IMG/VR virus record: IMGVR_UViG_3300017650_000009
Length of the DNA stretch: 64,000 nt
Direction: 5' to 3' (one strand)
Origin: a virus
Taxonomy: Duplodnaviria > Heunggongvirae > Uroviricota > Caudoviricetes
Below the pieces are notes generated by a model, which saw only the letters and a list, made by a program, of their open reading frames with translations, was not told the origin of the DNA and searched no databases. Shown here piece by piece: positions 8,616 through 17,268 of the stretch. The stretch's first letter is position 1. The number at the start of each line of letters is the position of its first letter. Both the position numbers and the translations under genes were made by a program.

Positions 8616-9182
8616 ATGAAATATTTGAGTGAAGAAGGGTTCGAGGAACGAATCAAGTCTGCATGTGATTTGTTTTACAAATCCATTCCAGGCAATCCAT
8701 CCTACGATACTGAAATCATCGTGGGACTGTATCCGAATGCATCGATTTGTGGTTTCTCCAATAAGAATGGTCATGCGGAGATGATCTACAATAGGGAAAC
8801 AAAAGAACCCTATGAGTTGATTATCCACAATCCAAATACCGAGCAGCTTTCCTACTACTGGGTTCATCCACATTTTCACACCGCACGAGAAGATGAAATC
8901 GGCGGAAAAGGTCTTCTTGTTTCTCATGCAAGTGAGCCAGGCAACAATTGGGGCGTAACTGATACCATCGATGATATTTGTGAGAAGATCACTGCGATTC
9001 TCGAGGGGAAAGAATTTGATTCTCGCGTGGTTGCAGTATTTGAAATCACAGAGGAAACACAAGAGCATCTGAATCAGATCGCAGAGGCTCGTGGTATTTC
9101 AGTTGACGAAGCTATGGAATATGTTTTGCAACTGGCTATTGATTCCCTCGAAAGCACAGATGATGAATCGTCCGATACCTGA
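8616..9182 (+). CDS. hypothetical protein, possible C-terminal ribbon-helix-helix
   Basis: C-terminal LNQIAEARGISVDEAMEYVL. Confidence 0.65.
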   Translation: MKYLSEEGFEERIKSACDLFYKSIPGNPSYDTEIIVGLYPNASICGFSNKNGHAEMIYNRETKEPYELIIHNPNTEQLSYYWVHPHFHTAREDEIGGKGLLVSHASEPGNNWGVTDTIDDICEKITAILEGKEFDSRVVAVFEITEETQEHLNQIAEARGISVDEAMEYVLQLAIDSLESTDDESSDT

Positions 9183-9513
9183 TGCAGAAATGTACCGGAT
9201 GATTAAAAATCCGGACATGCTTAAAGATTTTCATGTATTACGGCTCCCAAGTTGTGATAGAAATTTGATGCGGGAGCTTAATGCGTATTGTGCAAAAGAT
9301 ACTAGCGGGCGTTGGTTCCGTAAAATGATTAAGGGTACTCGAGTACATACGGGGAACCCTTGGTCTTACCAATCATCGGAAATAATTCCGTTCTGGTTCT
9401 TTGAGCGCGTTAATGATGCAATTCTTCTAAGGCTTGCACATTCTGGACTAGAATATTCATCATATGATGTGCTATTCGATAATTACCACCCTGATCTAAA
9501 AGTTTCAAGTTAA
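9160..9513 (+). CDS. FKL-motif family protein
   Basis: WFFERVNDAILLRL. Confidence 0.65.
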   Translation: MMNRPIPDAEMYRMIKNPDMLKDFHVLRLPSCDRNLMRELNAYCAKDTSGRWFRKMIKGTRVHTGNPWSYQSSEIIPFWFFERVNDAILLRLAHSGLEYSSYDVLFDNYHPDLKVSS

Positions 9514-9529
9514 GCAAAAGGAAATAAAA

Positions 9530-9835
9530 ATGGAAGATGGCGTCGAACTAACCCCAGAACAGAAGGCACGTATTGAAGAGCGTAAAGCTCGCATTCGCGA
9601 GGCACAGGAAGCCGAAGCTTATGCTCGTGCACGCCATGCTCGTCGCAATGTTATTGATGTCGAAGCAACCCTCAAGAGGCTACGCGATTTGAAGAAGGTT
9701 GGTGCCACATGGTCCGATGACATGACCCCAGCTCGACAGCGTTATATGGTCAAGCAAGCTTGTGTTGCCCATATGGTTCATGCAATTTCCCTCACCGGAA
9801 CAAATCTGGATTGCAATAACGCTCAGCGTTTCTAA
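9530..9835 (+). CDS. hypothetical protein
   Basis: AAGGA RBS. Confidence 0.75.
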   Translation: MEDGVELTPEQKARIEERKARIREAQEAEAYARARHARRNVIDVEATLKRLRDLKKVGATWSDDMTPARQRYMVKQACVAHMVHAISLTGTNLDCNNAQRF

Positions 9836-9894
9836 TCGGTTGACACACCTGGATTTCCTGTTACAGTTTAACTAACACGTAACAGGAGATCGAC

Positions 9895-10278
9895 ATGGGA
9901 ATCAAACAAACAATTCTTTGTCTTTTCGGAATGCATGACTGGCTCGTAATTGATGGTTCTCGTAAGAAAACCGGATACGTTGTGGGCCAGCTTTTCGTGC
10001 CACTACATGAGTTACAAGAGGACAATATTTGTTCCTGTTGTGGTATGCACCGCACTCGTTTCGGTCTTCTAAAGCCGTATGGTGTCACCGAGCTACCTGG
10101 CGGTGTGAAATTTGAATACGCGTCCGATGGTTGGCCCATTGATGATAAGGGTAACCGGATGACTCATCGCCCCGGATATTCCTATACGAGCGCGAAAAAG
10201 CCGGAATATCACGGCCGGGTTAAGCAAGGCGCGATTTCCAAGATTCCAACCATTCGTACATTCGGTGCTATTCGATGA
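9895..10278 (+). CDS. hypothetical protein with CLFGMHDW and CSCC motifs (DUF1660-like)
   Basis: AGGAGATCGA RBS; Cys/His motifs. Confidence 0.7.
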   Translation: MGIKQTILCLFGMHDWLVIDGSRKKTGYVVGQLFVPLHELQEDNICSCCGMHRTRFGLLKPYGVTELPGGVKFEYASDGWPIDDKGNRMTHRPGYSYTSAKKPEYHGRVKQGAISKIPTIRTFGAIR

Positions 10279-10553
10279 ATTTTAAATCGGATAAACAACG
10301 CCGGAAAGCCCTCAGGAATAGACCCAATAATCGGATGCAAGGCCAGGATCGGTGGGGGCTGGGTGCCATGCAGATCTATTATTGTGATCGCGATGGGGAT
10401 TTCATGTTGCAGGCGGCTAAGAAATATGCACGTCTTTATCATATGGCCGCTGATCTTGGCGAATTCAAGCGTGATACAATCAGGTCTCGTCGCATTTTCG
10501 TTAAATTCAAAACCGTTATGCTTTGGGCTAACATGGTAATAAATGAAGAATAA
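10275..10553 (+). CDS. basic hypothetical protein
   Basis: ATGA-coupled ORF. Confidence 0.6.
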   Translation: MNFKSDKQRRKALRNRPNNRMQGQDRWGLGAMQIYYCDRDGDFMLQAAKKYARLYHMAADLGEFKRDTIRSRRIFVKFKTVMLWANMVINEE

Positions 10554-10604
10554 TTTCTAAAATAGTGCTTGACGCGAATAGCCGACGGCACTATATTACG
10601 GATA

Positions 10605-10722
10605 CTGCTTGTAGTTTAAGCCTCCGGTGACCCCCCTGTCCCCCCCACAGACCACCGAAGATGGTACTAAAACAGCTGGCTTCTGAGCCGGGTCGATGTA
10701 GGTGAGAGTCCTACCGAGCATG
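10605..10722 (+). ncRNA. tRNA-like RNA (Gln CTG-like) with ~42-nt C-rich D-loop insertion
   Basis: TGCTTG/CGAGCA acceptor, GTTT/AAAC D stem, CTGGC-TTCTGA-GCCGG arm, GTAGG-TGAGAGT-CCTAC T arm; promoter TTGACG(10569)-17-TATATT. Confidence 0.6.
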
Positions 10723-10726
10723 TTAT

Positions 10727-10804
10727 GGCGAGGTGTATCGGAGTTGGTTACGATAGCGCCTGCAAAGCGTCAGAAGGTGGGTTCGAGTCCCACCCTCGCC
10801 TCCA
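10727..10804 (+). tRNA. tRNA-Cys(GCA)
   Basis: GGCGAGG/CCTCGCC acceptor, loop CTGCAAA, TTCGAGT T loop, U73, CCA. Confidence 0.9.
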
Positions 10805-10909
10805 AATACACGGCAACAGCTACTTGATAAAATGCCAAAGGCAACCCTCTCGCGTGGGTCAGGTATGTGACAGCTATACTGGAAGGACTTCGGTTCCATA
10901 GCGTGTATT
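10805..10909 (+). ncRNA. candidate structured ncRNA
   Basis: AATACACG/CGTGTATT closing stem, internal TACTTGA/TCAGGTA stem, cUUCGg hairpin; terminator follows. Confidence 0.5.
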
Positions 10910-10911
10910 AG

Positions 10912-10941
10912 AGAACCACCCCTAGCGGGTGGTTTTCTTTT
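10912..10941 (+). terminator. Rho-independent terminator
   Basis: AACCACCC...GGGTGGTT followed by T-rich tract. Confidence 0.75.
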
Positions 10942-10985
10942 GACTAAACTCCTAATACCTGTTAAAGCGAGTTAAGGAGTTTCAT

Positions 10986-11336
10986 ATGCTAGTTGTCAAA
11001 CCTATAAACATTGCTAGAGCAGATCGCATCGAAATGGACACGCATATGAATGTGTTCGTTATTACTCAGCCGAATGTTGATCTCAAAGCCATCGACGCAT
11101 GGATAGATGAGCAATCATTTGTTGTGGTTACATATCAAGGGTGGAGAGCAGAATATTTCTTTGAGAATCAAGCTGATTTTATTGCAACCAAACTTATGTT
11201 TGCGGAATATAAATTTCATATTCCATTTGCTCAACCTGCAAAGTTTGATGATTTCATGCAATCGATTCGTTTGCAAAACCGACATTATACAGAAAACATG
11301 GAATCACTTCTCAAGAAACGAGATAAGCAATGCTAA
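10986..11336 (+). CDS. FKL-motif family protein
   Basis: YFFENQADFIATKLMF. Confidence 0.7.
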   Translation: MLVVKPINIARADRIEMDTHMNVFVITQPNVDLKAIDAWIDEQSFVVVTYQGWRAEYFFENQADFIATKLMFAEYKFHIPFAQPAKFDDFMQSIRLQNRHYTENMESLLKKRDKQC

Positions 11337-11629
11337 TCCACACCACTCCTGAGGAACTAAAAACAGACAAAGCCAAACTAATTGTTTCATTGCGTTCGGG
11401 AAAGCCAGAGGATATTGCTCGGCTTCATAGCTACGCAAGTTTGACTTCACGACGTATTCGCTTCATCGATGAAAACTTCTCCCGACGTGGACGTATTCAT
11501 AATAAACTCTGGCACTCATATATTCTGGTGGTTGCTGATCAAATCATACTAGATTCGCATGATGATCTCAAAGCGTTGCAGAACTTATTATCTAACGAGT
11601 CGTTTACAATTCTTAGGGACAACACATGA
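11330..11629 (+). CDS. hypothetical protein
   Basis: coupled ORF. Confidence 0.65.
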   Translation: MLIHTTPEELKTDKAKLIVSLRSGKPEDIARLHSYASLTSRRIRFIDENFSRRGRIHNKLWHSYILVVADQIILDSHDDLKALQNLLSNESFTILRDNT

Positions 11630-11991
11630 GCGACGATACTGAATTGAAAATTTGGTTGGCTGTCCGTAAGGATATTGAAATGCCTCCTGCAAAATTCGCC
11701 GTACAAGCCGGTCATGGTTTTAGTTCCGCCCTATGGCTTGCTTTGATGGAAAACGAACAACGTGCAAGAACCTACATGAGTGGAAGCCAAGTCAAGATTG
11801 TCGTTGGTGTAAAAAACGCCGACAAAATGAAAGAAGCATATCAAGCATGTAAAGATGCAAACTTACCTTGTGCGTTTATCGTTGATGCCGGTAGAACTGT
11901 GTTTGCTGAACCAACAGCAACGGTAATGGCTGTTGGCCCTTGTTTGCGATCAGAATTACCAAAGTGTGTTAAACGTCTTCAGATGCTATAA
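11626..11991 (+). CDS. pth2: peptidyl-tRNA hydrolase, Pth2 type
   Basis: VRKDIEMPPAKFAVQAGHG, KIVV, IVDAGRT, TVMAVGP, LQML: Pth2 signature. Confidence 0.9.
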   Translation: MSDDTELKIWLAVRKDIEMPPAKFAVQAGHGFSSALWLALMENEQRARTYMSGSQVKIVVGVKNADKMKEAYQACKDANLPCAFIVDAGRTVFAEPTATVMAVGPCLRSELPKCVKRLQML

Positions 11992-12001
11992 GGAGATTAA
12001 A

Positions 12002-12262
12002 GTGAATCCAGTAATTTTACCATACCCGGAACCGGGTGATTCATGGTCTTATGACCTTTCATCGAAACTATCGCCAAGTGAAATCTCAAAACGATTGGGC
12101 TTTGATCCTAATGTTAGAGATGATCCACATAAGGTCAAATATAGTTGGGGTTTCACAGTGAATGGTTCCCGTTGTGGAATTTGGGATTATAATGGAGCAA
12201 GGTGGTCTGTTTATGATCCAGATAAAGTTCTGCATTTGGTATTTCCGGAAATCAATGGTTGA
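12002..12262 (+). CDS. hypothetical protein
   Basis: AAGGAG RBS before GTG12002. Confidence 0.7.
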   Translation: MNPVILPYPEPGDSWSYDLSSKLSPSEISKRLGFDPNVRDDPHKVKYSWGFTVNGSRCGIWDYNGARWSVYDPDKVLHLVFPEING

Positions 12263-12317
12263 CGTTATTCCTGTTTGTGTTAGATTGATCATAACAAAGC
12301 ACAAACAGGAGATCGAA

Positions 12318-12776
12318 ATGGAAAATCTAAAAGTCGGCGACGTTTTCTTCGCAAACAAGTCCTTCGAATTTGGCCGTCCAGTAAGTGTGGGTGAAACCAA
12401 GTATATTAAGGGCGTTTCGCTGATTCAGGTCTCCGATACGTATTTTTCTCCTTATGTGACCTCATGTATTACGGGTTATGATCCAAAGACTGGCAAACCA
12501 ATCGTCGAAACAATTACTCTCAATTCGTACTGTTCAAAACAGCGCGTGGGCAAAGAATACGTTGTCGAATCAGTCGAACTCAAGGGTGGTTCATCCCGTG
12601 AATTTATTCGCAATGAGCCACATATTGTTGCGCGTCGGCTTAAGAGCGATGGTACATATGATCCGAAGGGCGAACTCATTACGTTCGTAGGAACGCCTCC
12701 AGCACAATCAAACTTCAATACTGCGGCAGAAGTCAAAGTTCACCGCAAGATGACTCGCACGGTGAATTTCGTTTAA
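12318..12776 (+). CDS. hypothetical protein
   Basis: AGGAGATCGA RBS. Confidence 0.75.
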   Translation: MENLKVGDVFFANKSFEFGRPVSVGETKYIKGVSLIQVSDTYFSPYVTSCITGYDPKTGKPIVETITLNSYCSKQRVGKEYVVESVELKGGSSREFIRNEPHIVARRLKSDGTYDPKGELITFVGTPPAQSNFNTAAEVKVHRKMTRTVNFV

Positions 12777-12777
12777 T

Positions 12778-13038
12778 ATGAACAACTATTTGTATAAGCA
12801 AACAGATGCCGATGCGTATAGAGCATCGGTGCGAATTCATTATAGTTGGATCGTTCGATTACCAGTGGTTTTCGTTATGTTTGGTGAAGGTCTAATGGAA
12901 CTTTCCAACTTCGACCATATTGCTGATTGGGCTAGAGCAAACAATTTCAGTTGGGAAACTCACTCATGTCATGATCGTATTTGGTTCGGGTTCAACAACC
13001 CAGATGCTGCCATGCTGTTCAAGTTGGCTTTTATGTAA
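12778..13038 (+). CDS. FKL-motif family protein
   Basis: FGFNNPDAAMLFKLAF. Confidence 0.75.
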   Translation: MNNYLYKQTDADAYRASVRIHYSWIVRLPVVFVMFGEGLMELSNFDHIADWARANNFSWETHSCHDRIWFGFNNPDAAMLFKLAFM

Positions 13039-13080
13039 TTTAATATTGCATTCTTGTTCGCACTCAAGTATAAATAAAAG

Positions 13081-13153
13081 TGCGGTGTAGAGAAGTGGTC
13101 ATCTCGTCAGCCTCATAAGCTGGAAACCGGAGGTTCGAATCCTCCCGCTGCAA
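13081..13153 (+). tRNA. tRNA-Met(CAT)
   Basis: TGCGGTG/CGCTGCA acceptor, CAGC-CTCATAA-GCTG arm, TTCGAAT T loop; TATAAATA at 13069. Confidence 0.9.
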
Positions 13154-13159
13154 CCGAAT

Positions 13160-13184
13160 AAAAGCGCCCTTAGTGGCGCTTTTT
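13160..13184 (+). terminator. Rho-independent terminator
   Basis: AAAGCGCCcttagtGGCGCTTTTT. Confidence 0.8.
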
Positions 13185-13257
13185 CCATAAAAAGCTCTTG
13201 CAAGGATCTAATTTACCAGTTATTGTGAATCCAGTTAGGTATAAGAAGAGGATTAGA

Positions 13258-13671
13258 ATGACCACTTGGACACGTGACGGCTCAGCCATCGATATTTCCG
13301 CCCATACATTTCATGTCAAGTTGACTCCTCATCAGTGGCTTACGCCAGCTGGTGGTCAGCAGACTAATCCAGGTTATGATAAGGGCGGCGAACTCACATT
13401 GATTCGTGAGATTGATGAATCCATTCGTGAAACAGAAAGTTTCACGAGCTATGTGGTTTCTCGTCGTGCTTCTCGTACTATGTTCAGTCCTGAAATCCTC
13501 GCCGAAGGTGATGCACTTCCCGAATACATGTGTACGGAACACCGCCTCGGTGGTCTCGGCTTGGGTCCACAGTACGATATGTATGTGAGCTTTACGACGA
13601 AGGAACAGGCAACAATGTTCAAGCTTTCCTTCCGTGGCGATGTTGGTGTCGGGTTCAGCGGCATTAATTAA
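13258..13671 (+). CDS. FKL-motif family protein
   Basis: GAGG RBS; VSFTTKEQATMFKLSF. Confidence 0.75.
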   Translation: MTTWTRDGSAIDISAHTFHVKLTPHQWLTPAGGQQTNPGYDKGGELTLIREIDESIRETESFTSYVVSRRASRTMFSPEILAEGDALPEYMCTEHRLGGLGLGPQYDMYVSFTTKEQATMFKLSFRGDVGVGFSGIN

Positions 13672-13672
13672 A

Positions 13673-13735
13673 TATAAATAAAGGTTACTCGACTTTTACG
13701 GTAAATACCTCGCAACCACTAACTTGCGAGGTATT
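13673..13735 (+). promoter_or_regulatory. late promoter(s) and RBS-sequestering hairpin of the endolysin
   Basis: TATAAATA at 13673, GTAAATA at 13701; AATACCTCGCAA/TTGCGAGGTATT 12-bp stem covers GAGGT. Confidence 0.6.
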
Positions 13736-13738
13736 GCC

Positions 13739-14134
13739 ATGTTTGCATTAAGCCAGCGTAGTCGTAATAATTTAAGAGGTGTTCACCCGGACCTAGTCCG
13801 AGTTGTTGAACGCGCTATCCAAATCACAACAGTTGATTTTATGGTCACTTGTGGTGTTCGTACTCTAGCGGAACAGAAAGTTCTAGTTGCGCAGGGTGCT
13901 TCAAAGACAATGAATTCCCGCCATATTCCAGGCAAAGATGGCTATTCAAAAGCGGTTGATCTCGCCGCTATGATTGGCCCAAATGTTCGTTGGGATTGGC
14001 CACTATATTCAAAGCTTGCGGTTGCTATGAAGGCCGCTGCCAAGGAACTAAATGTTCCATTAGAGTGGGGCGGTGATTGGACCTCATTTAAAGATGGCCC
14101 ACACTTTCAGCTTCCAGCAAATCGTTATCCATAA
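13739..14134 (+). CDS. endolysin, M15 family L-Ala-D-Glu peptidase
   Basis: F.LSQRS.NNL.GVHPDL, SRH, AVD, WGGDW..FKDGPHFQL. Confidence 0.9.
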   Translation: MFALSQRSRNNLRGVHPDLVRVVERAIQITTVDFMVTCGVRTLAEQKVLVAQGASKTMNSRHIPGKDGYSKAVDLAAMIGPNVRWDWPLYSKLAVAMKAAAKELNVPLEWGGDWTSFKDGPHFQLPANRYP

Positions 14135-14139
14135 AAAGG

Positions 14140-14166
14140 AGCCCGCACTTAGCGGGCTTTTTTATT
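14140..14166 (+). terminator. Rho-independent terminator
   Basis: AGCCCGC/GCGGGCT plus T run. Confidence 0.8.
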
Positions 14167-14260
14167 CACTCTTTTTGAAATTGGCTATTGCAAAGGTTCC
14201 TAAACTCTGTTATCAATAGGACAACAGACAACATAGCGTAACGTTTATAAGTATATAAAG

Positions 14261-15943
14261 TTGCGCACAATATTAGGGATTATAATGCGCAATACGTTTA
14301 CTGCTTTTGCAATACAACAAACTGCAATTAACAATTGCATTAATAAATTTACCATTGATGAAGTTAAGCGCCTGCTACTCGTTGCCCCCACAGGCTCTGG
14401 TAAGACATTCATGGGAATTGAAATTTTCAAACAGCTTAAAATAGTAAAAAAAGCAAACAAACTAATTGTTTGTGTGCCGTTTCAGCCACTGATTGCCCAG
14501 GTTTATTTTACTTGTGTTATGCTTGGACTGAAAGTAGCTGTTTATCATGGAACTATCCGCAAAGGCGTTGATTCCAATGGTATTACGCATTCCTATAATA
14601 TGGTATCGGCAATGACTGACGTTGATGTCATTATTACACTGCCTGATACATTCGCCGGTTATGTTGCTGGCGAAACAAACTATGGTTTCCCCAAGCATTG
14701 GGTGGCTGACATGGCATTGTTTGATGAAGTACATAAGAATACTTCGAAGAACTCCCAAGCGTTGCGTGATTTTTTCGAGGAACGACTTGCACAGAATAAT
14801 CCAGATAAGAAGCTCATGGTTTTGGGTCTTTCCGCTACACCACGCCGTGAAACAAATAAAGAAACAGGCGAAGAACTGTCGGAATGGTTCGAGGACAACA
14901 TCGTAAACGCAGGCACGGGCAAGGATATGGTCGATGCCGGTCGAATTGTTGCTCCGAAATATTTCGAATATGAACCCAATACGGAAAATGTCATCGAACG
15001 TTGGCTTGAAATTTCGGCTAATCACACAAACAAATCAACAATCGTTGTATGCTCCAATTTGTTTCAAGCATACATGCTGACTAAGTCATTCGTTGAAGAT
15101 TACAAAGTATCTGCGAAAATTATCACTTCCGATGATATCTATGATCCAGAAGGTGACCCAACAGTCCCAGTCGAACGCCAGCAATCAGAAAGCCAACGCC
15201 TTGCGATACAGGACGAGTTCCGTCAGGGCAAATTTACGGTACTAGTAAGTGTTGGTACCATTTGCGAGGGCTTCGATGCTCCCATTGCAAATTTTGTGAT
15301 TATCGAACGTGAAATTACTGCAATGGCTCTGTATTTCCAAATCGTTGGTCGTGTTCTCCGGACTTACACGAGTCCGACTGGTGAAGTTAAGGCTTTCGGA
15401 AATGTTTTGGATTTCGGCGGAAACAAAGAGAAGTATGGTTGCATTTTGGATAAGAAATGGGAGGTTGATGATTTCGGACCCGAAAGTCCGAAAGCCATCG
15501 AATCCAATGCCACAATCCCAAGCAATCTAGCAAAGCGAGCAAAACGCATTACCGTCAAATGCGAAAAGTGCCTGACACAATATAATGCAAAGAAACGTGC
15601 TTGCTGCCCAAACAATGCTTGTGGAACGGCACATTCTATTACGGTAACCACCACAAAAGAGGAACAGCTTCTTGAGAAATATTCGATATCTGTAGATTTC
15701 TTCAAAGAAATGCATCCAACACTTTTGACGTATTGTCACACGCGCTCAATCGAAATTCCCGGTTACGAGCTCAATGAAAACGCACATAGCCAACACCGTC
15801 AAATGAGGTCGATCCTTAATTCACATTTGGGTGCAAATGTTTTCGATGTTAAAACTGGCGGTGTTCTTCCTGATCACAAAGAACTTGAATCACTGATTCT
15901 GAAGCCGAAATCAATGAAACAACAAATTGTTGTTCCTCTTTAA
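14261..15943 (+). CDS. superfamily 2 DExH helicase with C-terminal Cys cluster
   Basis: APTGSGKT, DEVH, SAT, EGFDAP, QIVGRVLR, CEKC...CCP...C. Confidence 0.9.
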   Translation: MRTILGIIMRNTFTAFAIQQTAINNCINKFTIDEVKRLLLVAPTGSGKTFMGIEIFKQLKIVKKANKLIVCVPFQPLIAQVYFTCVMLGLKVAVYHGTIRKGVDSNGITHSYNMVSAMTDVDVIITLPDTFAGYVAGETNYGFPKHWVADMALFDEVHKNTSKNSQALRDFFEERLAQNNPDKKLMVLGLSATPRRETNKETGEELSEWFEDNIVNAGTGKDMVDAGRIVAPKYFEYEPNTENVIERWLEISANHTNKSTIVVCSNLFQAYMLTKSFVEDYKVSAKIITSDDIYDPEGDPTVPVERQQSESQRLAIQDEFRQGKFTVLVSVGTICEGFDAPIANFVIIEREITAMALYFQIVGRVLRTYTSPTGEVKAFGNVLDFGGNKEKYGCILDKKWEVDDFGPESPKAIESNATIPSNLAKRAKRITVKCEKCLTQYNAKKRACCPNNACGTAHSITVTTTKEEQLLEKYSISVDFFKEMHPTLLTYCHTRSIEIPGYELNENAHSQHRQMRSILNSHLGANVFDVKTGGVLPDHKELESLILKPKSMKQQIVVPL

Positions 15944-15993
15944 GCTAATGGTATAATGTTGTTGACAACAAACCGAGCATAACATATAAAAGT

Positions 15994-16135
15994 AGTGTGA
16001 GCCGAAGATTTAAGGTTATCGCATTTCCAGCCGGAAATAGAGGTTCAATTCCTCTATCCCACTCCAATGCTATGTGGGATTCGTCTAAATGGATAGGACG
16101 CCGTAAAAAGTCTTGGGTCAACCCTTGCTCACACT
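15994..16135 (+). ncRNA. YrlA-type bacterial Y RNA (circularly permuted tRNA mimic)
   Basis: Terminal stem AGTGTGAGC/GCTCACACT with GCCGAAG motif; order T arm (AGAGG-TTCAATT-CCTCT), closed acceptor hairpin (ATCCCAC/GTGGGAT), D arm; TTGACA(15962)-17-TATAAA promoter; terminator at ~16149-16180. Confidence 0.75.
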
Positions 16136-16227
16136 CCTTTTTGCACAGAAAACGCTATCCTCGGGTAGCGTTTTCTTTTTGTTGACTTTACACGGTGGTG
16201 TGTTATTCCCGCATAAAGGAGAATCAT

Positions 16228-16416
16228 ATGAAACCTTGGAAAGTCTGCCTCATATTGCTTGCGGTGTTTGTAACTGCTACAATTGCTCGTAGTATGTATG
16301 AGCAAAGTATGGGCGATCCCATGTTGTTCGCATCACTACTAGTACGTTCGTTGTCTAGATGGGCATTCCTTGGAGTATTATGGTATTACATATGGGGAGT
16401 AGAAACAAAAATATGA
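16228..16416 (+). CDS. small membrane protein
   Basis: AAGGAG RBS, two hydrophobic segments. Confidence 0.65.
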   Translation: MKPWKVCLILLAVFVTATIARSMYEQSMGDPMLFASLLVRSLSRWAFLGVLWYYIWGVETKI

Positions 16417-16574
16417 ATAACGTAACCATGTATGTGATACTAGCCATTATGGTAGGTCTTGCAATTGCTGGTATCGCCGGCAATCTTGAAGCTATGGAAC
16501 ATTGTAGTCTTAAGGATACCCTATTCTTCGGTGGAAAATTGTTCTGGGCATGGAAAGCTGGTTATTGCGGTTGA
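16413..16574 (+). CDS. small membrane protein
   Basis: ATGA-coupled, hydrophobic N-terminus. Confidence 0.6.
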   Translation: MNNVTMYVILAIMVGLAIAGIAGNLEAMEHCSLKDTLFFGGKLFWAWKAGYCG

Positions 16575-16624
16575 CATAATTCCTGTTTCTGTTATGTTGA
16601 GGATAACAAAACAGGAGATCGAAC

Positions 16625-16801
16625 ATGGAAAACAAGTTACAGAGCGCACTTTGGGATTGGTTTTGTACTGCCCAGTGTCTCTTACTTCAAGGCGATGATC
16701 TTGCTTTATTCATTGATTTCGTAGCCGGAAAAACAAAAGAAGTTCCGTTTACAAAGGGTTCAAAAGCCCATAATACTTGCGTATTGTGCGGAAAGCTTTG
16801 A
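16625..16801 (+). CDS. small hypothetical protein (58 aa, not in ORF track)
   Basis: AGGAGATCGA RBS at 16613; MENKLQSALW...CVLCGKL. Confidence 0.65.
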   Translation: MENKLQSALWDWFCTAQCLLLQGDDLALFIDFVAGKTKEVPFTKGSKAHNTCVLCGKL

Positions 16802-16803
16802 TC

Positions 16804-17259
16804 ATGGAAAAGCAATTCACCGATGCAACTATGGCACTGAATTTTATCATGTCGGGTAACGCAACTGTTACTGTGGTTTCCAAGCGTACTGGTACGCGAT
16901 TTACATATAAGGTACAGCGGCCAAAGGCTAAAGGCCAAGCCGAACTATTCGACAACGGTTTTCGCTTTGTTAAGGTTATGACTGGCCCGGATAACACCGC
17001 ATCATACACCTACATGGGTTTGATTTCCAATGCACGTTTCTCATTGGGACGCAAAAGCGTGTTGAAGGAGACTTCCCCTAGCGTTCGTGCATTTGAATGG
17101 ATGATTGGTCAGCTATTCGGGGGCAAGATCCAGTTGGATCAAATGGAAATCTGGCATGAAGGTCGTTGCGGCAAGTGCAACCGCAAACTTACGGTTCCCG
17201 CAAGTATTGAATCGGGTATTGGTCCTGAATGTGTTAAGACTGCGTATCGCTGCTTCTAA
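16804..17259 (+). CDS. hypothetical protein with C-terminal DUF6011-like Zn motif
   Basis: CGKCNRKLTVPASIESGIGPEC. Confidence 0.75.
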   Translation: MEKQFTDATMALNFIMSGNATVTVVSKRTGTRFTYKVQRPKAKGQAELFDNGFRFVKVMTGPDNTASYTYMGLISNARFSLGRKSVLKETSPSVRAFEWMIGQLFGGKIQLDQMEIWHEGRCGKCNRKLTVPASIESGIGPECVKTAYRCF

Positions 17260-17268
17260 GGAGAGCAA

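Noticed and set aside
10605-10722. Selenocysteine tRNA or intron-containing tRNA
   Set aside because: No TCA anticodon or long variable arm; the insert lacks group I or clear bulge-helix-bulge features
15994-16135. Two-piece (permuted) tmRNA or a normal tRNA-Glu/Gly
   Set aside because: No G3:U70 pair, no tag ORF, too short, no anticodon loop; Y RNA architecture fits better
15997-16185. 62-aa ORF
   Set aside because: Coincides with the Y RNA and terminator; no RBS
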